Below, one piece after another: positions 1 through 9,729 of a stretch of 64,000 nt of DNA. A program made the translations under genes and the position numbers. Location: NCBI GenBank assembly GCA_046153565.1, contig JBJXDU010000030.1, positions 3,793 to 67,792 of the forward strand, read 5' to 3'. The notes beneath the pieces are model-generated. The model did not search any database. It was not told the origin of the DNA and was given only the letters and a program-made list of their open reading frames with translations. Position 1 is the stretch's first letter. Every line of letters begins with the position of its first letter. This stretch comes from Sphingomonadaceae bacterium. Its GTDB lineage: Bacteria > Pseudomonadota > Alphaproteobacteria > Sphingomonadales > Sphingomonadaceae.

Positions 1-475
1 GCCCTTCGGCGAGCGTTGCCCCGCGCACCGCTTCGATTCTAGGGTCAGTCAGCCAGCCAAAATCCGGGATTGTCGTCGCGTCCGCCTTGTCCGCGTCACC
101 CATCCAGATCCAGAGCAAAGCGTGGCGCTCGACCAGCGGATAGACCGCCACACTGGCCCGCGGCATGGTGCCCGGATGCGGCGAGAAAATGCATTTGCCG
201 TCGCCCCCGAACCGCAATCCGTGATAGGGACAGGCAAGCGCGCCATCGACCACAGCACCATTACCCAGCGGCGCAAAGCGGTGTGGGCAGCGCCCGCCAA
301 TCGCCTTTGCCATGCCATCTCCATCGCGGAACAAAGCGACAGGCTCTTCAAGAAACACTTTGGCTTGCGGCGCCTCACGCAGCGCGTCAGCCCAACCTGC
401 GACATACCACGCATTGCGCAGGTAAGGCGCGCCACTTGACGAAAGTTTGGGCATTGGCGCGCGGGCATCGGTCAT
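1..475 (-). CDS. VanA-like Rieske [2Fe-2S] oxygenase (aryl O-demethylase / phthalate-family oxygenase component). N-terminal part only, because the gene runs off the window edge.
   Basis: Absent from the ORF track because there is no stop inside the window. My reverse-strand translation from the ATG at 473-475 gives MTDARAPMPKLSSSGAPYLRNAWYVAGWADALREAPQAKVFLEEPVALFRDGDGMAKAIGGRCPHRFAPLGNGAVVDGALACPYHGLRFGGDGKCIF...HALLWIWMGDADKAD. The NAWYVA start, the CPHR..CPYHG Rieske motif and IWxWxGD are typical of VanA-type oxygenases. An AGGGGG SD lies 7 nt upstream, and an alternative ATG is at 476-478. Track ORF 49..468(-) is a different, Arg-rich frame. Confidence 0.75.
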   Translation of the reverse strand, partial: MTDARAPMPKLSSSGAPYLRNAWYVAGWADALREAPQAKVFLEEPVALFRDGDGMAKAIGGRCPHRFAPLGNGAVVDGALACPYHGLRFGGDGKCIFSPHPGTMPRASVAVYPLVERHALLWIWMGDADKADATTIPDFGWLTDPRIEAVRGATLAEG

Positions 476-487
476 CATTTAGCCCCC

Positions 488-1018
488 TTACAGATACAAC
501 GCCGTGTTCACGGCCAAGCCATGCTCTTTGCAGTGGCTTTCATAGTGGTTGATGAACCACCACACATCGAGCGTTTCGACATGATTGCCCGCTTCGTCAT
601 AAAATTCGTTCGCGCCCTGCATGTGGAACAGCGCCTTCATGCCTTCCGCATTATCGGTCACCAAAGTGTGCGCGGTGCCCGGCGTTTCGGTGATGAACTC
701 GCCCGCCTTGCATACCCAATCATATTCGAGATAGCGGAAATTGCCTTCCAAGCAGACCGCCCACACCTTGCCGCGATGCTTATGCGTGCCGATGACGCCG
801 GGGCTTTTGATCCAGAGGATGTTGACATAGACATTTTCGCGCACGTCAAACGCAAGATGGCGGATCGCCGCATTATCGCCGAAGGGCACCCAAGGACTTT
901 CGGCCTCCGACCCGCCGATATAAGTGCCCTCAATGCCGTGCTTTTTGATTGTGTCCGCATAGGGCTCGGCAACGTCAACGATCTTGTAAGCACCTGACGG
1001 CGGGGCGGTCATCGCCAT
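488..1018 (-). CDS. Cupin-fold dioxygenase, 2,4'-dihydroxyacetophenone dioxygenase (DAD)-like, paralog 1
   Basis: 176 aa, similar to the roughly 177-aa DAD subunit. Cupin metal motif GTHKHRG ... ETPGTAHTLV. Conserved blocks SPWVPFGDNAAI, RYLEYDW and DVWWFI.HYE.HC are shared with paralog 2. AAGGA SD 8 nt upstream. 12 nt gap to the Rieske gene. Confidence 0.72.
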   Translation of the reverse strand: MAMTAPPSGAYKIVDVAEPYADTIKKHGIEGTYIGGSEAESPWVPFGDNAAIRHLAFDVRENVYVNILWIKSPGVIGTHKHRGKVWAVCLEGNFRYLEYDWVCKAGEFITETPGTAHTLVTDNAEGMKALFHMQGANEFYDEAGNHVETLDVWWFINHYESHCKEHGLAVNTALYL

Positions 1019-1029
1019 GGCGTTTGTCC

Positions 1030-1566
1030 TTAGAGATAGAGTTTGGGATTGATCGGAATGCCGTTCGCCTTGCAGTGCGTTTCATAGTGATCGATGAACC
1101 ACCAGACATCGGCGGTGAAAACGAACGCGGCATTTTCATCGTAAAATTCAATCGGCCCCTGCATCCAGCCGAACAGCTTGGTACCCTGCGGATGATCGGT
1201 GACGAGCGTATGGCTTTCGCCGGGCACTTCGAGGATGAGCCCGCCGGGCGAGGCAACCCAATCATATTCAAGATAGCGCACACTGCCTTCAAGGCAGACC
1301 ATCATGATCGTGCCGCGGTGCAGATGCGTGCCAATCGCGCCTGCGCTCTTAACCCACAGAATATTCGAAAAAATGCCCTGCCGGACGTCGAACGCGAGAT
1401 GCTTGATCGCGGCATTATCGCCAAAAGGAACCCAGGGGCTGTCATCGTCGCTCATCGCGTCGATATAACGCCCACCGGGGCTCAGCCGCGCGACCAATTC
1501 CTTGTGCGCAAAGGGCACATCGACGATCTTGGCGAGGTTTGAAGGGGGCGCGGTTATTGATGACAT
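1030..1566 (-). CDS. Cupin-fold dioxygenase, DAD-like, paralog 2
   Basis: 178 aa. GTHLHRG ... EVPGESHTLV cupin motifs. Colinear with paralog 1 by eye. AGGAG SD upstream. 11 nt gap to the next gene. Confidence 0.72.
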   Translation of the reverse strand: MSSITAPPSNLAKIVDVPFAHKELVARLSPGGRYIDAMSDDDSPWVPFGDNAAIKHLAFDVRQGIFSNILWVKSAGAIGTHLHRGTIMMVCLEGSVRYLEYDWVASPGGLILEVPGESHTLVTDHPQGTKLFGWMQGPIEFYDENAAFVFTADVWWFIDHYETHCKANGIPINPKLYL

Positions 1567-1576
1567 GGCAGGGCTC

Positions 1577-2110
1577 CTATCGGATCAATGTATCAACATA
1601 GTCCGCGCCAATGCCGTTGCTGGCATAATGCGCGCGCGCGGCGGCGATATAATCAAACACGTCATAATGGCCGACAGTCGCGCCGCTTTCGTCAAGCCAC
1701 ATCAGCGGGCCTGATACGACGAAGAAGACCTTCATTGGTTCGGGGCTGTCATAGCAAACGAGCGTATGCGACTCGCCGGGCGTTTCATAAACGAAATCGC
1801 CCGCAGTCGCCGTCCATTCATGCTCAAGATAGGCCCATTTGCCGCTGATCGTATAGGCCCAGATCGGGTGCGGATGATAATGGCGGCTGACCAGCCCCGG
1901 CCCGCTCGACATCAGGACATCGGCCCACATATTCTTGGCCGGGCTGATCCAGACGGGCTTTGACGAAACGGTCTCGCTGATCGGCACCCAGTGGCGCGGA
2001 TCGCCCTCGGCAATTTTGGAGGCATAAACTTCAGGAAGGCTGCCGTCCTTGAACACCTTTTCAATCGGCTTGATATCTTTCCAAAATTCAAGATGCGGCG
2101 ATTCAGGCAT
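1577..2110 (-). CDS. Cupin-fold dioxygenase, DAD-like, paralog 3 (the most DAD-like of the three)
   Basis: 177 aa. SRHYHPHPIWAYTISGKWAYLEHEWTATAGDFVYETPGESHTLV and the C-terminal AHYASNGIGADYVDTLIR match my recollection of the Alcaligenes sp. 4HAP DAD pattern. GAGGAA SD upstream. Confidence 0.72.
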   Translation of the reverse strand: MPESPHLEFWKDIKPIEKVFKDGSLPEVYASKIAEGDPRHWVPISETVSSKPVWISPAKNMWADVLMSSGPGLVSRHYHPHPIWAYTISGKWAYLEHEWTATAGDFVYETPGESHTLVCYDSPEPMKVFFVVSGPLMWLDESGATVGHYDVFDYIAAARAHYASNGIGADYVDTLIR

Positions 2111-2170
2111 CGTCTAGTTCCTCATATGAAGAGGGCGGAACTGTCGCCAGCCCCGCCCCCGCTTTTCAGA

Positions 2171-4732
2171 TTAGAATTTGAATCCAACCTTGGCATACCA
2201 TTCACGCGGCCTGCTAAACGATCCATAGACCTGACCACCGGCAAGCTGCGCCTGTCCCGTGGTCAAATACCGATCCTTTGTCAGGTTCGTTCCGCCAACG
2301 CTAATGTCCCAATGATCGTTGGGTTCACGGTAGGTTATGCTGGCATTGACGAGATCAGTCGCCGGGCGGTTTGTGAGGAAGAAGCCTTCGGTATCATTCT
2401 TGAGCGATGTTGAATGTGTCCAATCGCCAAGGACGATGAACTTCCCGCCGCTGCCGGTTTCAAGTTCAACACGCGGGCTGATATTGAATTTCCATTTCGG
2501 TGTTTTGGGAAGGGTGACACCGGCGGCAACCCCGGCTGCGCCGAACAATCCGGTTGAAGCCGCCACAAAAGCACCCGCATCAACGCGCGTATATTTCGCA
2601 TCGAGATAACCAACTGATGATGTGACCGAGAAAGCCCGGATAGGAGCAAAGGTCGCCTCGATTTCAAATCCGCGAATGCGCGCATCGCCAGCATTGCGGA
2701 TCGTGGGCGATACGCCTTGCTGGAAGTTGAGCTGAATACCCTTGTAATCCGTGTTGAAAATCGCCGCGTTGATCTGCAACTTACGATCAAGCAAAGTCGA
2801 TTTCACACCAAGTTCGTAGGTTCCCGCTTTTTCTTCATTGAAATCAGGTGCGGTTGGCAATGGATTTGAAAGCCGCGTGGTCCAGCCACCGGTTTTATAG
2901 CCTCGTGACCATGATCCGTATACCAACAAATCTTTGCCTGGATGAAGCTGAACGCCTACCTTTGGCGAGAAATTGTTGAATTTCTTCTTCTGCACACCGG
3001 CAATATAATAACGCAACGGCTCCCCGGGATTGGGGAATCCGGCCGCAATCCGGCACGCGTCCGAAATCGGATTGATCGTGATGCACGCTGGCGGCCCCTG
3101 TCCGATGAGCGCAAGTTGATTGAGGATCTTGTAGGTCAAGCCATTAGCGTCGGATTGGAACCCTTCAAATTCCTTGTCTTCGTGCGTGAAACGACCGCCA
3201 GCAGTAAAGCTGATCAGATCATTCACGCTATAATCAACCTGCCCAAAGAAGGCGAAATTTTTGGTCGATAGATTGTTGGGACCATCAACTTGCAACAAGC
3301 CTTCAGCAAAGGTCACATAGTCGTGTAGATTGCCCGATTCCTGAAAGTAATAAGCACCGAGAACATAGTTCAACGTCTTGTCGAGTGCTTTGCCATTAAT
3401 TTGAAACTCTTGGCTGAACTGCCTCTGGTTGGTCGTAAAGCTGGTATGCAGGAAATTCAGCGGCGAACCATCGAGGTCGGTTCCCACATTCCAATCAATA
3501 TTGCGATACGCCGTGATTGATTTCAACGCGACATTGTCACTCAACTCGAAATCAATAACTCCCGAAAAACCATAGCTTTTCAGCTTACTGTAGTTATTGC
3601 CATTGGCATAGCTTGTATCGACATTATTCGTGACGAAACGATTGTCATAGGGCAAGCGGTTATTTGATGGATTGGCGTCGGTATTCGCGCCGAATACGGT
3701 CGGATTGTCAAAGATCGTATTCAAGCCACCAATGCCGCCCAGAAAAGCAAAAGCTGGTGGTCCGCCAATTCCCGCGCTGCAATTATTTGCGTCCGCGACA
3801 ATCGCGCAATTATATGTCCCTGCAAAAACGGCAGGAAAGGTTGCGATTAGCTTGTTTGCCGCCTGGGATTGATCAACATTGGTATAATCACCGCTCAGAG
3901 TGACTTTGAATCGGCCGCCATTGTCCCACTTCAGCTTTGTCCGGCCGCTCCACGTATTGTCGCCGCCTTCGGTGCCAAGACCGATATTGTTGTATCCCGC
4001 TGCCCGGTAATTGGTAACCGGGGTCGACGCGAAGTTTGACGCGCCGGGAAAGGCAATCCGCCGCAGAAAACCGTCGCGGTTCTTGATCGAAAAGCTGACC
4101 GATGATGATAGCGAGTCAGACAGCGGCAGATCGACCGTGCCCCGCGCCTGAAGCAAACGGTAACTGCCGGTTGTCACGTCACCCTTGAACTTAAACTCTT
4201 TGCCGGGATCGTGCGTGACGACTGAAATCGCCCCCCCAATCGTGTTCCGGCCGAACAATGTGCCTTGTGGCCCTTTGAGAACTTCGATCCGCTCAACGTC
4301 GCCAAGCTCTTGGTTGGCACCGATTGACCGCGCGAGATAGACACCGTCCAAATAAGTGCCGACGCCGGGATCGATGTTAAAGGCGAAATCGTTCGCACCG
4401 ATGCCGCGAATATAGGCCGACAAGACATAGGGCGACCCCGAAAACGGCGTACCTGCGTCAAGCGTCACATTCGGTGCAATGTTCGAAAGCGCAGCGACAC
4501 TGGTTACAGCGCGTTCCTTAAGCGCGTCAGCCGTAAACGCCGAAATCGCAATCGGCACGTCCTGAACATTTTCAGCGCGCTTCTGCGCAGTCACAACGAT
4601 TTCAGCGATCCCGCCTTGGTCTTCGGCGGCGGGCTTTGCAGCCGCAGCGGCGGTGCCCTGTGCAAATGCAGGCGCGGAAAGGGCCAAGACCATGGCCGCC
4701 CCCGCGAACAATGAAGCAATATTCACTTTCAT
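2171..4732 (-). CDS. TonB-dependent outer-membrane receptor
   Basis: Signal peptide MKVNIASLFAGAAMVLALSAPAFAQ. Plug region IVVTAQKRAENVQDVP...ERIEVLKGPQGTLFGRNTIGG. Long beta-barrel ending ...AKVGFKF with an aromatic terminus. I prefer the ATG at 4732, preceded by GGAGAGG, over the track TTG at 4750. Confidence 0.9.
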   Translation of the reverse strand: MKVNIASLFAGAAMVLALSAPAFAQGTAAAAAKPAAEDQGGIAEIVVTAQKRAENVQDVPIAISAFTADALKERAVTSVAALSNIAPNVTLDAGTPFSGSPYVLSAYIRGIGANDFAFNIDPGVGTYLDGVYLARSIGANQELGDVERIEVLKGPQGTLFGRNTIGGAISVVTHDPGKEFKFKGDVTTGSYRLLQARGTVDLPLSDSLSSSVSFSIKNRDGFLRRIAFPGASNFASTPVTNYRAAGYNNIGLGTEGGDNTWSGRTKLKWDNGGRFKVTLSGDYTNVDQSQAANKLIATFPAVFAGTYNCAIVADANNCSAGIGGPPAFAFLGGIGGLNTIFDNPTVFGANTDANPSNNRLPYDNRFVTNNVDTSYANGNNYSKLKSYGFSGVIDFELSDNVALKSITAYRNIDWNVGTDLDGSPLNFLHTSFTTNQRQFSQEFQINGKALDKTLNYVLGAYYFQESGNLHDYVTFAEGLLQVDGPNNLSTKNFAFFGQVDYSVNDLISFTAGGRFTHEDKEFEGFQSDANGLTYKILNQLALIGQGPPACITINPISDACRIAAGFPNPGEPLRYYIAGVQKKKFNNFSPKVGVQLHPGKDLLVYGSWSRGYKTGGWTTRLSNPLPTAPDFNEEKAGTYELGVKSTLLDRKLQINAAIFNTDYKGIQLNFQQGVSPTIRNAGDARIRGFEIEATFAPIRAFSVTSSVGYLDAKYTRVDAGAFVAASTGLFGAAGVAAGVTLPKTPKWKFNISPRVELETGSGGKFIVLGDWTHSTSLKNDTEGFFLTNRPATDLVNASITYREPNDHWDISVGGTNLTKDRYLTTGQAQLAGGQVYGSFSRPREWYAKVGFKF

Positions 4733-4806
4733 AACATCCTCTCCTCTCAAGCGCCCGTAACCGGATCATTTTGTCTTGTTATCATGCTATCGCGTTTGTG
4801 CATCAT

Positions 4807-4823
4807 TGTAAGCAACACATATG
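4807..4823. promoter_or_regulatory. Degenerate copy of the TGTATG-N5-CATACA operator, upstream of the TonB receptor gene
   Basis: TGTAAGCAACACATATG matches TGTATGCAAGACATACA (6138-6154) at 13 of 17 positions. The internal dyad symmetry is weak. Confidence 0.3.
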
Positions 4824-4864
4824 ATTTTCGTCAATAGATTTCACCAGGTGAAACTTTCGCCGTG

Positions 4865-6088
4865 CTACCTCTCACCCTTGGCGCCCACGATCCGCGGTGC
4901 GGTCTCGCGCAGGCCAAGTGCGACAATGCCAGCCGCGATGCACAGGCCGACCATCAGCCACATGATCGAATCGCGGCCATAGGCGTCGGACAATGTCCCC
5001 GCGAGTGACGGGCTCAGCACGCCGCCGATCACTTCGCCAATGCCCATGACAATCCCCGTGAGCGATGCGGTGAGTCGGGGATCGACCGACTCGGACGGCA
5101 CTGTCGCCATGAATAGCGGGAAGACCCCGTTCAGCCCCCAGCCAAAGAAGAAGATCAGCGCCATCACCCATGGGCTTCCCGCATAGAAGAGCGCGGCGAG
5201 GGGCAGAATCACGCCCAAAAATGAAAAGCCAATCATGGCGGGCTTGCGGCCAATATAGTCCGACAGCGAAGAGACCGCGAAGCTCCCTATTCCAGCCGAA
5301 ATGCCAAGCGTTGCCATCAGCCATTTCGTCGTATCGGGATCGAAATGCCGCGTCTCGGTGAGGTAGAGCGGCATGAACGCCCAACACACGACGAGATAGG
5401 AAACGAGCAGAATCGAAATCAGCGCGCAAATCTGAACATTTCGATCGGCAAAGGCGGTGGCGATTGTGGCCCTTGGCTTGTCGTCCGCTAGGATCGTTTC
5501 GGGCGCAGGCTCCTTGACCACGAACCAGATGATCGCCGCTGAAATCAGTCCAGGTATTGCGGCGAGATAAAACCCTTCGCGCCAGCCATAAGTCATCGCA
5601 ATCGGGATCAGCAGCAGTGGCGCCAGCGCCGAACCAAGCACATTTGAACCGAAATTTTGCGCAACGCCCATCGCCAGCCCGCGATTCTTTTCGTCTACCT
5701 CGGTCGCAATGATCGAATGGCTGACGGGCATCACGCCGCCTTCAGCTGCCCCCATCAGGATACGCGCACCGAGCAGCATGAAAAAGGACGATGCCAGCCC
5801 CGAAATGACCGAACAGACGCAAAAAGCGATCGTACCAAGCACAATGATTGGCTTGCGCGACCCAAGCCGGTCAGACAGCGCGCCGACGCCAAAGCCAGCG
5901 ATGGCCCAGGTCAGCGACAGACCCGACGAGAGCATCCCAACCTGCGTATCGCTCAACCCCAAATCAGGTTTGACGAAAGGCATAAGGAAATTGAGCGCGT
6001 TGCGATCAAAGAACAGAATACCGAAATTGAGGCTGAGCAGCCCGACCAGCAACGCCTGATAGCCGCCCGAGCGACGTTCTTTCACCAT
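4865..6088 (-). CDS. MFS transporter (probable aromatic acid/anion importer)
   Basis: 407 aa with about 12 hydrophobic segments and the MFS signature GALSDRLGSRKP between TM2 and TM3. It is the first gene of the minus-strand operon. Confidence 0.85.
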   Translation of the reverse strand: MVKERRSGGYQALLVGLLSLNFGILFFDRNALNFLMPFVKPDLGLSDTQVGMLSSGLSLTWAIAGFGVGALSDRLGSRKPIIVLGTIAFCVCSVISGLASSFFMLLGARILMGAAEGGVMPVSHSIIATEVDEKNRGLAMGVAQNFGSNVLGSALAPLLLIPIAMTYGWREGFYLAAIPGLISAAIIWFVVKEPAPETILADDKPRATIATAFADRNVQICALISILLVSYLVVCWAFMPLYLTETRHFDPDTTKWLMATLGISAGIGSFAVSSLSDYIGRKPAMIGFSFLGVILPLAALFYAGSPWVMALIFFFGWGLNGVFPLFMATVPSESVDPRLTASLTGIVMGIGEVIGGVLSPSLAGTLSDAYGRDSIMWLMVGLCIAAGIVALGLRETAPRIVGAKGER

Positions 6089-6130
6089 ATCCCACTCCTA
6101 TGTGATTGACGTTTCGACTCGCCAGCCATC

Positions 6131-6154
6131 ATCAATTTGTATGCAAGACATACA
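6131..6154. promoter_or_regulatory. Candidate operator ATCAATT-TGTATG-CAAGA-CATACA, upstream of the MFS/TonB/cupin operon
   Basis: Perfect 6-bp inverted repeat with a 5-nt spacer, 43-66 nt upstream of the MFS start codon (6088). It is nearly identical, including the ATCAAyT flank, to the site at 8903-8925. Confidence 0.6.
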
Positions 6155-6301
6155 TTGAGAGGGGGCAAGCGCAAGCGCATCTGCAACGACGCGCCATTGA
6201 GCGGGACAATATGTCGATCGCTCAGGCCCCTTCGGCCCGAATCGGAATTGTTAATGTTCTTAATTTGTACTCAATCAGCGTTACGCTGTCAAGCCCGGAT
6301 A

Positions 6302-8207
<1,906 letters not shown>

Positions 8208-8211
<4 letters not shown>

Positions 8212-8885
8212 AGATATGTGAGCCCCATCTCAGCCAACTTTGCGCGCATATTGTACATATCAAGGCCAAGCTCGCCCTTCGCGAGCCGTTCGCGCTTATC
8301 GGCCTCGTTCGCCTCGCGCGCCTTGGCCGCCTTCGCAACCTCGCCCGCTGTCTCACGCGGAACAACGACGACGCCGTCATCGTCAGCGACGATCACATCA
8401 CCCGCATTGATCGCAGCACCCGCGCAAATAACCGGCACATTGACCGATCCAAGCGACGCCTTGATCGTGCCTTGCGCAAAGACGGCCTTGGCCCAGACCG
8501 GGAAGCCCATTTCGGTCAGATCGCGAACATCGCGGATACCGGCATTGATAATCAACCCCTTGCACCCCCGCGCTTGCGCCGACGTTGCCAGCAGGTCGCC
8601 AAAATAACCGTCTTCGCAAGGACTGGTGGGCGCAATCACAAGAATGTCCCCCGCTTTCAATTGTTCGATGGCGACATGAACCATCCAATTATCACCGGGA
8701 GGCGCGGAGATGGTCACTGCCGAACCAGCAATACGCGCACCCGCGTAAATCGGTCGCATATAGCTTGCGAGTAAACCCGTCCGCCCCTGCGCTTCGTGTA
8801 CGGTCGAAACCCCGCAATGCTCCAGATCGGCAATGTCACTGGCATTGGCCCGCTCGATATTCTGGACAACAATAGCGCTCATCAT
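8208..8885 (-). CDS. ligK: 4-carboxy-4-hydroxy-2-oxoadipate aldolase / oxaloacetate decarboxylase (RraA-like class II aldolase)
   Basis: 225 aa. RraA-fold pattern ([13 protein letters not shown] ... GDxxVI ... [15 protein letters not shown] ... AGIRDV ... GFPVWA ... [15 protein letters not shown]) matching recalled LigK. Confidence 0.88.
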
Positions 8886-8902
8886 TTCCCTCTCTGACGC
8901 AG

Positions 8903-8925
8903 ATCAACTTGTATGTAACGCATAC
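8903..8925. promoter_or_regulatory. Candidate operator ATCAACT-TGTATG-TAACG-CATAC in the 58-nt ligK / ligJ-operon divergent region
   Basis: Same half-sites, 5-nt spacer and ATCAAyT flank as 6131-6154. It occupies most of the very short divergent intergenic region 8886-8943. Confidence 0.6.
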
Positions 8926-8943
8926 CATCTCTAAAGGGAATGC

Positions 8944-9729
8944 ATGACGCAAGCGACTCTAATCGGCTTTGGTGAGGCAGGACAAGCCTTTGCGGCCGTG
9001 GGAAATTGGCGTGCGTTCGATACCGATCGCGCAAAGACGCGGTCACTCTCTCTGTTCGAAGCGCTCGACGGGGCGGAAGTTGTGCTTTCGGTGGTCACGG
9101 CCGATCAGGCGCTGATCGCTGCGCGCAATGCGGCGCCGCATATCGAGCGGGGGACGCTTTTCTGCGACATGAATTCGGTTGCTCCGGGCACCAAGCAAAA
9201 GGCAGCCGACGAAATTGAAGCGGCAGGCGGGCGCTATGTTGATGTGGCGATAATGTCACCGGTCAATCCCGCACAGATGGCAACGCCGCTGCTGGTAAGC
9301 GGGCCACATGCAGATTCGGGCATGGCGGCGCTTGCCGGGCTCGGCTTCACCTCCGTCCGCGCGGTGGGCGATCAGGTTGGCCGCGCGTCGACGATCAAGA
9401 TGCTGCGCTCGGTCATGTATAAGGGGATGGAGGCGCTTACCGCCGAATGTTTGATCGCGTGCGAAAAAGCGGGCGTGACCGATGAGGTGCTGGGCAGCTT
9501 CGGCAACGATTGGTCAAGTGGGGCAGACTACCGCCTCGACCGTATGATGCTTCATGGCGTAAGGCGCTCGGCAGAAATGGCCGAAGTGGTAAAGACATTG
9601 GAGAGCCTTGGCGCAGAGGCGCTGATGACGCGCGGCACGCTCGATTGGCAAGCCGCCATTGGTTCGCTGGAGATTACATGTCCGCCACATGGATTGGACG
9701 CAAAGCTGGAGAGGCTTTCAAGAACATGA
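8944..9729 (+). CDS. NAD(P)-binding oxidoreductase, 6-phosphogluconate-dehydrogenase-like (DUF1932-type); function unknown
   Basis: 261 aa with an N-terminal IGFGEAGQAF dinucleotide-binding loop and an all-helical C-terminal half. Its stop overlaps the ligJ start in an ATGA arrangement, so it is the first gene of the ligJABC-pobA operon. Confidence 0.55.
   Translation: MTQATLIGFGEAGQAFAAVGNWRAFDTDRAKTRSLSLFEALDGAEVVLSVVTADQALIAARNAAPHIERGTLFCDMNSVAPGTKQKAADEIEAAGGRYVDVAIMSPVNPAQMATPLLVSGPHADSGMAALAGLGFTSVRAVGDQVGRASTIKMLRSVMYKGMEALTAECLIACEKAGVTDEVLGSFGNDWSSGADYRLDRMMLHGVRRSAEMAEVVKTLESLGAEALMTRGTLDWQAAIGSLEITCPPHGLDAKLERLSRT

Noticed and set aside
49-468. Track ORF of 139 aa on the minus strand at the window start
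   Set aside because: It has an Arg/Cys-rich, low-complexity composition. A different minus-strand frame over the same DNA gives a clean VanA-like Rieske N-terminus with CPHR/CPYHG motifs, so the listed ORF is a frame shadow.
2111-2170. Possible intrinsic terminator after the first TonB receptor gene (GGGCGG...CCGCCC)
   Set aside because: It has only a 6-bp stem with a 14-nt loop and no U-run. The downstream cupin gene follows with its own SD, so read-through in a single operon is more likely.
9510-9725. Long 5' extensions of ligJ (9510), ligC (12021), pobA (13045), soxD (28453), the first MDR gene (20505), the AKR gene (57107) and others in the ORF track
   Set aside because: The extensions overlap the preceding genes, are Arg-rich, and precede internal Met codons. 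Those internal Met codons coincide with the known N-termini of the families and with SD sequences or ATGA-type coupling.
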